From Deltaproteobacteria bacterium (lineage in GTDB: Bacteria > Myxococcota > Myxococcia > Myxococcales > 40CM-4-68-19): a stretch of 64,000 bases of DNA. The notes under the pieces are model-generated. The model was not told the DNA's origin, searched no databases, and saw nothing but the letters and a program-made list of their open reading frames with translations. Location of the stretch: assembly GCA_005879315.1 (NCBI GenBank), contig VBLC01000035.1:65686-129685 (forward strand), read 5' to 3'. The position numbers were made by a program, and so were the translations under genes. Shown here piece after piece: positions 26,591 through 36,646 of the stretch; position 1 is the stretch's first letter; each line of letters begins with the position of its first letter.

Positions 26591-27540
26591 TGGCGACCAT
26601 CCTTTTGATCGCCGAGCAGGCCCACGGGCAGCTGAAGAAGGCGACGCTCAATGCCTTGAGCGCGGCGCAGCAGCTCGCGGAGAAGAGCGGCGGACAAGTG
26701 CAGGCGCTGGTGGTGGGCAATGGCGTCTCGTCGGCCGCCCAGGAGCTGGCGGCCTACGGCGTGCCGGTCCACGCGGTCGACGCCCCCGCTTTCGCGCACG
26801 CGCTGGCGGAAACGCACTCGGCGGCAGTGGCGGCTGCGGCCAAGCAACTCGGGGCGAGCTCGGTGGTGGTCGCGGCCACCGCTTATGGCAAGGACATTGC
26901 TCCGCGGGTGGCGGCCAGGCTCGGCGCCGGTCTCGCTTCCGACGTGCTCGGCGTCGTCAGCCAAAGCCAGTTTCGCCGCGCCATGTGGGCGGGCAATGCC
27001 ATCGCCACGGTGGAAGTGACGACGCCGCTCAAGGTCGTCACCGTCCGCGCGACGGAGTTCCCGGCGGCGCAGAGGGCGCAGGCGCCCGGGGCGTTGCAGC
27101 CGCTCAAGGTCGATGCGCCGGCGGCGAAAACGAAGTTCGTCGAGTTCAACGAAGTGAAGAGCACGCGCCCCGAGCTGACCGATGCCAGCGTCGTCGTCTC
27201 CGGCGGCCGCGGGACGAAGGGCGATTTCAAGCCCATCGAGGCCCTCGCCGACGTGCTCGGGGCGGCGGTCGGGGCTTCGCGCGCGGTGGTCGACGCCGGC
27301 TGGCAGCCGAATGACCTGCAGGTGGGCCAGACCGGCAAGGTCGTGGCCCCCAAGCTCTACATCGCCGCGGGCATCTCCGGGGCCATCCAGCACCTGGCGG
27401 GAATGAAAGGGAGCAAGACGATCGTGGCCGTCAACAAGGACCCCGAGGCGCCCATCTTCCAGGTGGCGGACTACGGCCTCGTGGCCGATCTCTTCAAGGC
27501 GCTGCCCGAGCTCGCCGAGGAATTGAAGAAGCTGAAGTAA
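26590..27540 (+). CDS. etfA: electron transfer flavoprotein subunit alpha
   Basis: 316 aa, TGATG junction with etfB. FAD-binding C-terminus: VVSGGRG...[12 protein letters not shown]...[25 protein letters not shown]. Confidence 0.9.
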   Translation: MATILLIAEQAHGQLKKATLNALSAAQQLAEKSGGQVQALVVGNGVSSAAQELAAYGVPVHAVDAPAFAHALAETHSAAVAAAAKQLGASSVVVAATAYGKDIAPRVAARLGAGLASDVLGVVSQSQFRRAMWAGNAIATVEVTTPLKVVTVRATEFPAAQRAQAPGALQPLKVDAPAAKTKFVEFNEVKSTRPELTDASVVVSGGRGTKGDFKPIEALADVLGAAVGASRAVVDAGWQPNDLQVGQTGKVVAPKLYIAAGISGAIQHLAGMKGSKTIVAVNKDPEAPIFQVADYGLVADLFKALPELAEELKKLK

Positions 27541-27550
27541 GCTGATCGCG

Positions 27551-28633
27551 ATGATCTGGCGCGCAGCCTGGCTTCTCTTGCCGCTGGCCTGGGCGCTGCA
27601 TCGATTCGTGCACAGCGATCCGCTCACCTTCCTCGTCGCCTGCGCTTCGCTCGTCCCCCTGGCCAAATCGATGGGCGACGCCACCGATTCCCTCGCCGGC
27701 CGGATGGGCCCCCTTCCGGGCAGCTTGCTCAACGCCACTTTCGGCAATGCGGCCGAGTTGATCTTCGCCATCGCGGCGCTCCGCCACGGACACATCCAGC
27801 TGGTGAAGGGCAGCCTGACCGGCTCGATCCTCGGCAACCTGCTGCTCGTGGCTGGCGCTTCCATCGTGGTCGGCGGCGTGCGTTTCTCGCGGCTGCGCTT
27901 CAATCGGCTGGCCGCTTCCTCCAGCGTCGCCACCCTCTTTCTCGCGGTAGTTGCCATGACGGTGCCCACCTTGCTCTCGACCAGCACGCGAGACTTCAAC
28001 CCCCGCCTGCTCTCGGTGGAGATCTCGGTGGTGCTGATCGCCATGTACGCTCTCTCGCTCTGGTTCGGCTTGCGCACGCACGCGCGGGAGATGGGCCCCT
28101 CCCGCCAGCCGATGCATGCCACGCCCGCCGAGGCGGCGGCCGCCGGAGCGCGCGCAGCCGGCGAAATCTTCCGGGAGCCGATCTGGCGCGCGCTGGTGAT
28201 GCTGGTTCTCGCCGCAGTGGGGACCGCGATCGCCAGCGAGGTCCTGCTCGCGGCGCTGGACGGCGCCCTGCGCGATCTCCATCTGCCCGAGACGTTCGCA
28301 GGCGTGATCATCGTCGCCATCGTCGGCAACGCCGCGGAGCATTCGACTGCGGTCATCTTCGCGCGGCGGGGCGAAATGGACGTCGCGCTGGGCATCGCCT
28401 GGGAGTCGTCCAAGCAGATCGCGCTCTTCGTCGCGCCCGTGCTCGTGCTTCTCGGCCTCTTCATCGGCGCGCCGATGGACCTGGCCTTCACCCGCTTCGA
28501 AGTGATCGCCCTCGGCCTCGCCGTGCTGGCGCTCTCGCTCATCGCGCTCGACGGCGAGACGCACTGGCTGGAAGGCGCGTTTCTCCTCGGCGTCTATGCC
28601 GTGCTCGGCATGGGCTTCTTCTTCATCGGCTGA
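27551..28633 (+). CDS. Ca2+/H+ antiporter (CaCA/CAX family)
   Basis: 360 aa, about 11 TM segments. The two alpha-repeat signatures are GNAAELIFAIAAL and GNAAEHSTAVIFA. Confidence 0.85.
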   Translation: MIWRAAWLLLPLAWALHRFVHSDPLTFLVACASLVPLAKSMGDATDSLAGRMGPLPGSLLNATFGNAAELIFAIAALRHGHIQLVKGSLTGSILGNLLLVAGASIVVGGVRFSRLRFNRLAASSSVATLFLAVVAMTVPTLLSTSTRDFNPRLLSVEISVVLIAMYALSLWFGLRTHAREMGPSRQPMHATPAEAAAAGARAAGEIFREPIWRALVMLVLAAVGTAIASEVLLAALDGALRDLHLPETFAGVIIVAIVGNAAEHSTAVIFARRGEMDVALGIAWESSKQIALFVAPVLVLLGLFIGAPMDLAFTRFEVIALGLAVLALSLIALDGETHWLEGAFLLGVYAVLGMGFFFIG

Positions 28634-29523
28634 TGGCGGACCTCGCGCTCGCCGGCATCATGGCCATCTGGGGGAGCAGCTTCGCCATCCTCCGCTCGCT
28701 CCTGGGGACGGCGCAGGGATCGCCGCTCGCGCTCGTGGCGGTGCGGATGACGCTGGCGTCGGCGCTCCTCACCGTCTATCTCGCGCTCTTCCGGCCGCAG
28801 GATCTCAAGGCCCTCTTGCGCCGCGACCTGCTCCGCGACGGGCTCTTCGCCGGCGCGCTGCTCGGGATCGGCTTTCTCTTGCAGACCGAGGGCCTCTCGC
28901 GTACGACCGCCTCGCGCAGCGGTTTTCTCACCGGCGTCCTGGTCGTGCTGGTGCCGCTGCTCGAGTTCGCTCTTTTTCGCAAGCGTCCCTCGCCGCCGGC
29001 GCTGCTCGGCGTCCTTCTCGCTTTTGCCGGCATCACCGCGCTCTCCGCGCCCTGGACCGACGCCAATGCGCCGACGCTCCTCGGCGACACCCTCACCCTC
29101 GGTTGCGCGGTGGTCTTCGCCGGTCAGATCGTCGCGCTCGGCCGCATCGCTCCGCGCCATCCGGTGCTGCCGCTCCTGCTCCTGCAGCTTGCGACCACCG
29201 GCGCGCTGGCCGCGCTCGCCGGCCCCTTGATCGAAGTGCAGCACCTCTCCGGCGAGCCGAGGCTCTGGCTCGCCCTCGTCTATCTGTCGCTCTTCGCTAC
29301 CCTCCTCGCCTTCGGCGTCCAGACTTGGGCGCAGAAGATTCTGCCGCCCGTGCGGGTGGCGTTGCTCTCATCTCTCGAGCCGGTCTTCGCCGCGCTCTGG
29401 GCCGCGCTTTTCATCGGCGAGCGGCTCACCGGGCGGGAGCTGTTCGGCGGCGCGCTCATCGTGATCGGCGTGGCGGTGGGCGAGGCGGGCGCGGCGCTGC
29501 GCTCGGCGGTGATCAAGGAATGA
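28633..29523 (+). CDS. EamA/DMT-family transporter
   Basis: 296 aa, 10 hydrophobic segments in two EamA-like halves. TGATG junction with the antiporter gene. Confidence 0.75.
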   Translation: MADLALAGIMAIWGSSFAILRSLLGTAQGSPLALVAVRMTLASALLTVYLALFRPQDLKALLRRDLLRDGLFAGALLGIGFLLQTEGLSRTTASRSGFLTGVLVVLVPLLEFALFRKRPSPPALLGVLLAFAGITALSAPWTDANAPTLLGDTLTLGCAVVFAGQIVALGRIAPRHPVLPLLLLQLATTGALAALAGPLIEVQHLSGEPRLWLALVYLSLFATLLAFGVQTWAQKILPPVRVALLSSLEPVFAALWAALFIGERLTGRELFGGALIVIGVAVGEAGAALRSAVIKE

Positions 29524-30509
29524 TGCAGCGGATCGAGCTGCCCGAGGTGGAGCGAGCCGTCCACGGCCTGCGTTTGCGCGGGCACGCGCTCTATCTGCAG
29601 CCGCGGGGCCGGCCGCCCCTGGGATTTCTCGCCCACGCGCGCGGGGCGCGGCCGGTCTTGCCCGAGCGCACGGTGGCGACCGCGGCGACGATCGCTCTTC
29701 TGGAATCGGCACAGCCGCGCGCGCTCCGGCGAGCGGCGCCGCTCTCCGCGTCGTGGGGACAGTCTTTCGCTCTCGGCTCGCTGCGGCTGACGGTCCATCC
29801 CGCCGGCCACGTCCTCGGCAGCGCGCAATTGCGCTGCCAGGCCGACGGGCTCGATCTGGTCTACGCGGCCGACATCGGCGGCGCGGGAACGCGCGCTTCC
29901 TCGACCGCGGAGCCGCGCGAGCAGCTCACCTGCGAGACGCTGGTCATCCGCGCCCTCTACGGCTCGCCCCGCTATGTTTTTGCGCCGCGCGAGGAGCTGC
30001 TCGAGCGCGCCCGCGCTTTCGTGGAGAAGACGCGCAGCGAAGGCCGCACGCCGGTGCTGATCGCCGCCGCGCTGGGCGCCGCGCAGGATCTGGTGAAGCA
30101 CCTCGGCGAGCGCGGCCTGGTGCTGCGGCTCCACGCGGCCGTGTATCGAGCCTGCCAGGTGTACGTCGCGCAAGGCGTGGCGCTGCCCGGATTCGCCCGG
30201 CTCGACGAAGAAGGCGATGCCGTGCTCGTCCCCCCGACCGTGCGCCTCGACCGGCTGCGCCTCGGCGAGACCCGCATTTGCGCGCTCTCCGGCCGCGCCC
30301 TTGACGGTCCTTTGCCGGGCGACGAGGCCATCCCCCTCTCCGATCACGCGGGCTTCGACGAGCTGCTCGAGTACGCGCTGCGCAGCGGCGCTCGCCATGT
30401 GCTCGCCATCGAGGGCCACGCCGACGAGCTCGCGCGCGCACTCCGCGGGAAGGGCGTGCAGGCGATGGCGCTGCGCGAGCACCACCAGCTCGACCTTCCC
30501 GGTATTTGA
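29520..30509 (+). CDS. MBL-fold/beta-CASP-like protein with degenerate metal motif
   Basis: ATGA overlap with the eamA stop. HPAGHVLGSA and LSDHAG motifs are present. The expected HxHxDH position reads LAHARGARP. Confidence 0.55.
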   Translation: MMQRIELPEVERAVHGLRLRGHALYLQPRGRPPLGFLAHARGARPVLPERTVATAATIALLESAQPRALRRAAPLSASWGQSFALGSLRLTVHPAGHVLGSAQLRCQADGLDLVYAADIGGAGTRASSTAEPREQLTCETLVIRALYGSPRYVFAPREELLERARAFVEKTRSEGRTPVLIAAALGAAQDLVKHLGERGLVLRLHAAVYRACQVYVAQGVALPGFARLDEEGDAVLVPPTVRLDRLRLGETRICALSGRALDGPLPGDEAIPLSDHAGFDELLEYALRSGARHVLAIEGHADELARALRGKGVQAMALREHHQLDLPGI

Positions 30510-30627
30510 ACTTACGGAGGATTCCAGCTCTGCTGTAGCCCTCGGTCAGTCGCCTTCTTGACACAGCGGTCGAAGCAAGCGGAAATCCGCCCGCCGACCT
30601 TCGCTCCACTCATCAGGAGGCAGCCCG

Positions 30628-33600
30628 ATGCTGCTCCGCCGTACGACCTCGCTGGCGATAGCCCTGCTCGTCTTCGCCTGCGAGCCCTCGGTGCCCTACA
30701 GCACCGCGAACAATCCTTCCTCTGTGGATTACGCAGGCTTCGATCCCACCGGCAGCCCGCCGTCCTTGCCGCAGCCCAACGACCTGGCACTGACCGATCA
30801 GGCGATCCTCTCGCAGAACCCCACGCAGGCGGCCGTGCTGCAGGCCTTCAAGGCGGCGGGCGGTTTTCCCAACGACCAGGAAGTGCCCATCACCATCGAT
30901 TTCGTCCGCTTCAACATCGACTCGGGCAACGGCGCGATCACCCGCAGCGCGCCGCCGATCGACGTCACGACCATCAACGACAACAGGCTGCTCCTCCTCT
31001 CGATCAGCAACACCGGCGGCTTCACCGCCCTGACGCAATGTTCAGCTCCGGGCCCGAACTGCTACGACGCGCCCAAGGCCGCGGACTATGCGGTCGTGGC
31101 GGAGAAGGACTCCTCCGGCGCCGTCGTCGGCCAGCACGGAACGCTCACGCTGCACAAGTCGCCCAACCCCAAGACTGGATCGCGCCGCTGGGATCCGGGG
31201 CAGTACATCGTCGCCATCCGCGGCGGTCCCTCGGGCGTGCTGGTGACGGGCAGCACCGTCGGGCTCCGGCCGCAGGCCGCCATGTACCTGCTCATCACCT
31301 GCACCCCGACTTGCGCCAACGGCCGCGACCTGACCGATCGGTTCAATCAGGGGCTCATCCCCGGCAACAGCCCCTCGGAGAAGGCGAACAACGCCGCGCA
31401 GCTGGAGATCATCCGCAAGAGTTATCTGGGGCCCTTCGCGGCCATCGACGCCACCGGCAAGTTCAACCATTCCGAGGTCGCCACGCTGGGGACTTTCAAG
31501 ATCGCCGACGTGCACTCGCATGTCGAGACCGACCCCAGCGCCGGCCTCATGCCTCTGCCGAGCGATTTCCTCAGCGGGCCGGACGGACACCTCTCGCCCG
31601 AGGTGTGCGCCTCGAGCGGGCCTTTCGGTCCGCTGGGGCCGGGGCTCTGCACCGTCGACGGCTTCAGCACGACCGCGATGATCCTCTCGCAGACCTCGAG
31701 CACCATCGACGCCTCGACCGTCAACAAGGACACCGTCTTCCTCTACGAGATCAGCGGCACGAGCGCCGTGCGCAAGCTCGACATCGTCGAGGCGCTGACG
31801 ACCGGACACCCGGAGAAGACGCAGTTCGTCGACGAGCCGACGGCCATCGCGCAAACCGTGCCCGGGGCGACGTGCGGCAGCAGCCCGCCCAGCTCGACGC
31901 GGAGCCTTTCCACCGCCATCGGCCTGCAGCCCGCCGTGCCCGCGCGGGTGGGCGCGACGTTCGTGCCCGTTCCGCCGCTCAAGGAAGCGACTACCTACGT
32001 CGTACTGGTCACGGACGGGGTGCAGGACATCAACTGCACGGGGCTCACTCGCAGCACACTGGCCAAGCTCGTGCTGCTCGATCCCAAGCTGCCGCTCTCC
32101 GACGCCAGCGGCAAGTCGCTGGTGGTAGGGCCCACCGACGCCCAGGCGGTGGGCCTCGACAAGATGCGCGCCGGGGTCAACCTCGCCATCGCCACGCTGG
32201 CGGCGGAGAAGTCGGCCATCACCCGCGACCACATCGCCATGGCGTACACCTTCCACACGCAGTCGATCACCGGGACGGCAGTGAGCCTCGGCGCGCTGCC
32301 ATACTCGCCCGCCTGCTCGAGTACGGTGACGAGCAATTGCTTCCCGTCGCAGGCGGTGGCAGCGCTCTCGGTGCCAGTGGCCAGCGCCACCACGCTCTGG
32401 TGCAAGAACGCGCCGAGTTGCGCCAATCAGACGGCGGCCGGCACCGTGAACGACGTCTACGACACCTATGCCGTCGACCGCGCGTCGGTTCCCACCGGCA
32501 ATATCGGGTTCATCATGCAGTCGGTCATCCTCACCCCGAATCTTCTCGACCCGGCAACCGGCGCCTTTCTCTCCGATCCCAGCAAGCTCAGCCTCGAGCC
32601 CATCCCGGTGATCATCTCGGTACCCGGCGTGTCGAGCATTCCGAGCGCGGCGTGCATAGGAGCAGGCGGGACGCCGCCCTGCCTTGCCCCGCTGGCCGTC
32701 TTCCGTCATGGGGTCAACGGCAGCCGGGCTACCATGCTTGCGCTGGCCGACCGGCTGAACAACGCGGGCATCGTGGTGGCTGCCATCGACGCAGCCAAGC
32801 ACGGTGCCCGCAGCTTCTGCCACTCGGTTACGAACGCCGAGTGCGTCAGCGGCTCGAGCTGTCTCGCATGCGACGGCACCAACCCTTACTGCGCGGACAC
32901 GCAAGGCAACAAATTCGACTTCACCCACCAAGGCGACACACCGACCGCCGGGGGCACGCCCGGGAAGTGCTCCGGCGGGACGCTGCAGAACGGCGGCAAC
33001 TTCGTCAATGGCCCTGTGGTGTGTCCCGGCACCGGCTGTCCCACCGCCTTCGCCAACGGCGGCGCGCCCATTGCCTCCGGCAACTACTTCGTCAGCGGAA
33101 ATCTCTTCCGCACCCGTGATTCGCTGCGGCAGGACATCATCGATCAGTCGCAGCTCATCCACGTCCTCGCGGTCAATCCTCAGGCGCCTCCCACGGGCGC
33201 GGACATCTTCAACAAGATGGCTGCTACCGGCGTCATCATCGATCCGACCCGCATCTATTACATCGGCCAATCGCTGGGCGGCATCCAGGGCGACGTCGAC
33301 GTGGCCGCGAATCCGCGCTTCACCAAGGCGCTGTTCAACGTCAGCGGCGAGACGATCGTCGACACCTATACCAACTCGCCAGCGCTCGGGCCGGCGCTCA
33401 ATGCGCTCCTGGCCACGCTCGGGATCACGCCCGGGACGCCGGCCTACCTCCAGTTCGTCAACGTGGCGAAATGGATCCTCGACCCGGCAGACCCGGCGAA
33501 CTTCAGCGACCACCTGACCCGCAACACGCTGCCCAACCTCCTCAAGTCGGGCCTGCCGCCGCCGCTCAATTCCGACCCAATGGTGCCGAAGAAGATCCTC

Positions 33601-33891
33601 GGGCAGATGGCGAGCTGCGACAATACCGTGCCCAATCCTTTCAACTTGCTCCAGTTCGACCACGTCGGTCTGGGCGTCGACACAGGGGGCGCCACCGGCA
33701 CGCTCACCACCTTCGTCAGCGCCGGGACCGTCAGCACGAGCTGTCCGGGCGGGGTTGTGAAGCACGGCTTCCTCGCCGACTGGATCACCTATGGCCAGAG
33801 CGGGAGCAGCATCACGCTGCTGGCACAGGATGACGCCGCCGCCTTCTTCCTAGCCGACACTCATCCGCCGCCACAGCGGGCCGCGCCGTGA
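30628..33891 (+). CDS. large surface lipoprotein with C-terminal alpha/beta-hydrolase lipase domain (VolA/bacterial virulence-factor-lipase-like)
   Basis: 1087 aa. Signal plus lipobox: MLLRRTTSLAIALLVFAC. Nucleophile elbow YYIGQSLGG. Late Asp (CDNTVP) and His (VKHGFL) are triad candidates. Thr/Ser/Pro/Gly-rich with many Cys pairs. Confidence 0.7.
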   Translation: MLLRRTTSLAIALLVFACEPSVPYSTANNPSSVDYAGFDPTGSPPSLPQPNDLALTDQAILSQNPTQAAVLQAFKAAGGFPNDQEVPITIDFVRFNIDSGNGAITRSAPPIDVTTINDNRLLLLSISNTGGFTALTQCSAPGPNCYDAPKAADYAVVAEKDSSGAVVGQHGTLTLHKSPNPKTGSRRWDPGQYIVAIRGGPSGVLVTGSTVGLRPQAAMYLLITCTPTCANGRDLTDRFNQGLIPGNSPSEKANNAAQLEIIRKSYLGPFAAIDATGKFNHSEVATLGTFKIADVHSHVETDPSAGLMPLPSDFLSGPDGHLSPEVCASSGPFGPLGPGLCTVDGFSTTAMILSQTSSTIDASTVNKDTVFLYEISGTSAVRKLDIVEALTTGHPEKTQFVDEPTAIAQTVPGATCGSSPPSSTRSLSTAIGLQPAVPARVGATFVPVPPLKEATTYVVLVTDGVQDINCTGLTRSTLAKLVLLDPKLPLSDASGKSLVVGPTDAQAVGLDKMRAGVNLAIATLAAEKSAITRDHIAMAYTFHTQSITGTAVSLGALPYSPACSSTVTSNCFPSQAVAALSVPVASATTLWCKNAPSCANQTAAGTVNDVYDTYAVDRASVPTGNIGFIMQSVILTPNLLDPATGAFLSDPSKLSLEPIPVIISVPGVSSIPSAACIGAGGTPPCLAPLAVFRHGVNGSRATMLALADRLNNAGIVVAAIDAAKHGARSFCHSVTNAECVSGSSCLACDGTNPYCADTQGNKFDFTHQGDTPTAGGTPGKCSGGTLQNGGNFVNGPVVCPGTGCPTAFANGGAPIASGNYFVSGNLFRTRDSLRQDIIDQSQLIHVLAVNPQAPPTGADIFNKMAATGVIIDPTRIYYIGQSLGGIQGDVDVAANPRFTKALFNVSGETIVDTYTNSPALGPALNALLATLGITPGTPAYLQFVNVAKWILDPADPANFSDHLTRNTLPNLLKSGLPPPLNSDPMVPKKILGQMASCDNTVPNPFNLLQFDHVGLGVDTGGATGTLTTFVSAGTVSTSCPGGVVKHGFLADWITYGQSGSSITLLAQDDAAAFFLADTHPPPQRAAP

Positions 33892-33902
33892 GGGGGACGA
33901 CA

Positions 33903-35150
33903 ATGCGCAAACTCATTCTCGCGATCGCGGCAGCGCTCCCCTCCGCGGCGGTGGCCGGCGGATACATCGTCCCCAACACCAACCCTCGCGATCTCTCCAT
34001 GGCCGGCTCGGCGATGGCGGCGCAGGACAGCGCCGGCGCGGCCTACGCGAATCCTGCCGCGCTCTCCAAGCTGGAGGGGCTCAACGTCACCGGCGGCGTG
34101 AGCCTCATCGACTTCCGCAGCACCTGGACGGACTCGGCTCGCATCGCCGACGGACAGGCGGTGACGATGATCCCCAAGGGCGCCTTCCCCTTCGTCCTCT
34201 TCGCCGGCTACGGGCTCAAGCTGGCCAACGGCATGAAGCTCGGCGTGGGTGGCGGGGTCAACATCCCTGGCGGCGGCTACTCCTTCTGGCCGGGAAACTG
34301 GCCGGGCCGGTACCAGATCGTCACCGTCGACCGGAAGGTCTACGGCATGTACCTCACCTCCGGTCTCCAAATCATGCCGCAGGTCCGCGTCGGCGGCGGG
34401 CTGGTCTACTACCGGACCACCGAGCACCTCATCCAGGGCATCAACTTCCTCGGCTACGACTCGAGCGCGGAGCTGGGTACCTCGGGCGGCGCGGTCAGCT
34501 TCGATCTCTCCACCGAGGTGCAGCCGCTCAAGACAATTCCGCTCACCATCGGCGTCGACTACAAGCACCAGGCCGTCCAGCACCTGAGCGGGCACGGCCA
34601 CTTCGACAATCCGCCGCCGGCGCTGCAGGGCTACGGCGTGGTCGACCAGCCCGCTACCCACGTGCTCACTTATCCCAACCGCCTCGAGGTCGGCGCTTCC
34701 TATCAAGTGATCCCGCAACTCCTGGTGACGGCCCAATGGACCTGGGAGCGCTTCCACGTCTACAAGAGCGACGTCTTCAACGGCGGCCTGGGGTTCAGCC
34801 TCGCGGTCAACCGCGACTACAAGAACGGCTACACGCTGCGGCTGGGAGGCGAGTTCCAGGCGCTCCCGCAGCTCAAGGTGCGCGGCGGCATCCTGCGCGA
34901 CATCTCGCCCGTCCGGCCGGAGACGCTCGACCCCACGCTGCCCGAAGCGAACGTGTGGGCCGGCGCGCTCGGCGTCGGGTACGAGGTCATGCCCGGGCTG
35001 CAGGTCGACGCGGCGTACTTCCACGCCTTCTACGACACCATCACGGCGGCCGGCGCCGATCAGGCTTTCCCCGGCACCTACGACACGCGCGCGAACATCT
35101 GGTCGCTCGCCGTGTCGTGGAAGACGGATCTGCTTCAGCGTAGGAAATAG
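33903..35150 (+). CDS. fadL: long-chain fatty acid outer-membrane transporter (FadL/OMPP1/TodX family)
   Basis: Signal MRKLILAIAAALPSAAVAGG. N-terminal hatch motif: NPRDLSMAGSAMAAQDSAGAAYANPAAL. 14-strand-like pattern. GAGGGGG lies upstream of ATG 33903. Confidence 0.8.
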   Translation: MRKLILAIAAALPSAAVAGGYIVPNTNPRDLSMAGSAMAAQDSAGAAYANPAALSKLEGLNVTGGVSLIDFRSTWTDSARIADGQAVTMIPKGAFPFVLFAGYGLKLANGMKLGVGGGVNIPGGGYSFWPGNWPGRYQIVTVDRKVYGMYLTSGLQIMPQVRVGGGLVYYRTTEHLIQGINFLGYDSSAELGTSGGAVSFDLSTEVQPLKTIPLTIGVDYKHQAVQHLSGHGHFDNPPPALQGYGVVDQPATHVLTYPNRLEVGASYQVIPQLLVTAQWTWERFHVYKSDVFNGGLGFSLAVNRDYKNGYTLRLGGEFQALPQLKVRGGILRDISPVRPETLDPTLPEANVWAGALGVGYEVMPGLQVDAAYFHAFYDTITAAGADQAFPGTYDTRANIWSLAVSWKTDLLQRRK

Positions 35151-36592
35151 CGGTCGCCACTCTCGGCGGCGCGGCCCTCGCGCACGAGCTTGATGAGGTG
35201 CGCGAGCAGGCTGCGCTCGGCGAATGGATACATTTCGGGCGCGACATCGGGATAAGCAGCCGGCAGCAGCTGCGTCGGAGCGGCGGGCTCGCGCGAGAGC
35301 GCGGCGAGCACCCGGCCCTCCCGCTCCAGCCGATGCGCACGATACTGCCGCAACTTCTCCACGCCCGCCGGCACGACCGGGCCGTGCGCCGGGTAGAGCG
35401 TCCCGGGCTTCTGTTCGAGGAGCCGGTCGAGCGAGGCAAGGTAGTCGGCCATGTCTCCCTCGGGCGGATCGATGATGACGGTCCCGGTGCCTGCGACCAG
35501 ATCGCCCGCGATGACCGCGCCGGTCTTCTCCTCGACCAGACAGAGATGGCCGCGCGTATGCCCCGGCAGGTGGAGCATGCGCCAGCCCCGCGGGCCGGCC
35601 TCGAGCCGCTCGCCGTCTTCGATGATGCGGTCGACCTTGAAGTCGAGTCGCGCGGCGGTCTCTTTCGTCGCCGCGATGGGGAGCCCCAGCGCCCGCGCTC
35701 CTCCCACGTGATCGAGGTGGTAATGCGTGAGGATCACGCCCGCTGCCTTGCGCCCGTCGGCGGCCAGCCGCTCCAGCGTCTCGCTCAGGATTCGCTGTTC
35801 CTCGGGCCAGGGCGAGCCCGGGTCCACCACCTGGAGCTGGTCGTCGCCGAGCAGGAAGCAGTTGGTGTGCGTCGCCGGCGGGAGCGTCGGCGTGCGCAAG
35901 GGGACCATGATCACGCCGCGCTGGAGCTCGATGCGCTTCACCACGTAGTCCTCGACCGGCAGCTTCCAGGGCGCGCGCGAAGGATCGAGCAGCCACGGCG
36001 CCGCCTCGCGCGGGCTGGGCGCGAGCGCGAGACTCTTCAGCGTATGCCAGGCCGGCGGATGGAGCAGGGCCGTCCCTTCTTCCCAGAGCCGCAGCGCATC
36101 GGCGGGCGCGATGAACGCGCCGTCGGACAGCTCGCCGGGCCAGATCTCCACTTCCTCTCCCTCAGGCACCTCGACCAGGTAGAAGCGCGCGTCGAAGCGG
36201 ATGGGCATCGCCGGCGGAGTGATCCAGCGCCCGGCGGGCGTGAACTTGCGCGCATCGACGGCGAGCCCGCGCGCGGTGAGAAAATCGCCGAAGGATGCCG
36301 TGCCGTCGAGCAGCGCCTGGCGCAGCGCGCGCTTCTCCTCGCGCGAAACGCCGGCCACGACGAGCACGCCGGTCTCCTCGAACAGCTCGCGCGCCGCCGC
36401 CGCGATGCACGCCGCCTCGGCCTTCTCGAGATGGGCGGCGTTCGAGAGCGGCACCTGCGCATCGCTTTCGTCGACGCCGCCCCCCGGGAACGCATAGAAG
36501 CCGCCGGCGAAACGAAGCTGATCGCCGCGCCGCACCCAGAGCACGTGGCCGTCCTGCCGCAGGAGCACCACCGACGCTGCCGGACGCACCAT
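35135..36592 (-). CDS. Nudix hydrolase - MBL-fold metallo-hydrolase fusion protein
   Basis: Real part of track ORF 35135..37198, from ATG 36592. N-terminal Nudix segment (AFPGGGVDE...AAARELFEETGV). C-terminal MBL segment (ILTHYHLDHVGG, LPGHTRGH). Confidence 0.8.
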   Translation of the reverse strand: MVRPAASVVLLRQDGHVLWVRRGDQLRFAGGFYAFPGGGVDESDAQVPLSNAAHLEKAEAACIAAAARELFEETGVLVVAGVSREEKRALRQALLDGTASFGDFLTARGLAVDARKFTPAGRWITPPAMPIRFDARFYLVEVPEGEEVEIWPGELSDGAFIAPADALRLWEEGTALLHPPAWHTLKSLALAPSPREAAPWLLDPSRAPWKLPVEDYVVKRIELQRGVIMVPLRTPTLPPATHTNCFLLGDDQLQVVDPGSPWPEEQRILSETLERLAADGRKAAGVILTHYHLDHVGGARALGLPIAATKETAARLDFKVDRIIEDGERLEAGPRGWRMLHLPGHTRGHLCLVEEKTGAVIAGDLVAGTGTVIIDPPEGDMADYLASLDRLLEQKPGTLYPAHGPVVPAGVEKLRQYRAHRLEREGRVLAALSREPAAPTQLLPAAYPDVAPEMYPFAERSLLAHLIKLVREGRAAESGDRYFLR

Positions 36593-36646
36593 GGGGCCGC
36601 TCCCTCGCTTGCGCACAGGCTGCCGATCCCTTAAACCGAGGCCGGC

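Noticed and set aside
26392-28542. 716-aa minus-strand ORF
   Set aside because: It is antisense to etfA and the CaCA antiporter. It is serine/arginine/alanine-rich with no recognisable domain.
31042-33765. 907-aa minus-strand ORF opposite the lipase gene
   Set aside because: The plus-strand product has a lipobox, a GQSLGG elbow and non-repetitive sequence. The minus-strand product is R/G/A/D-rich noise.
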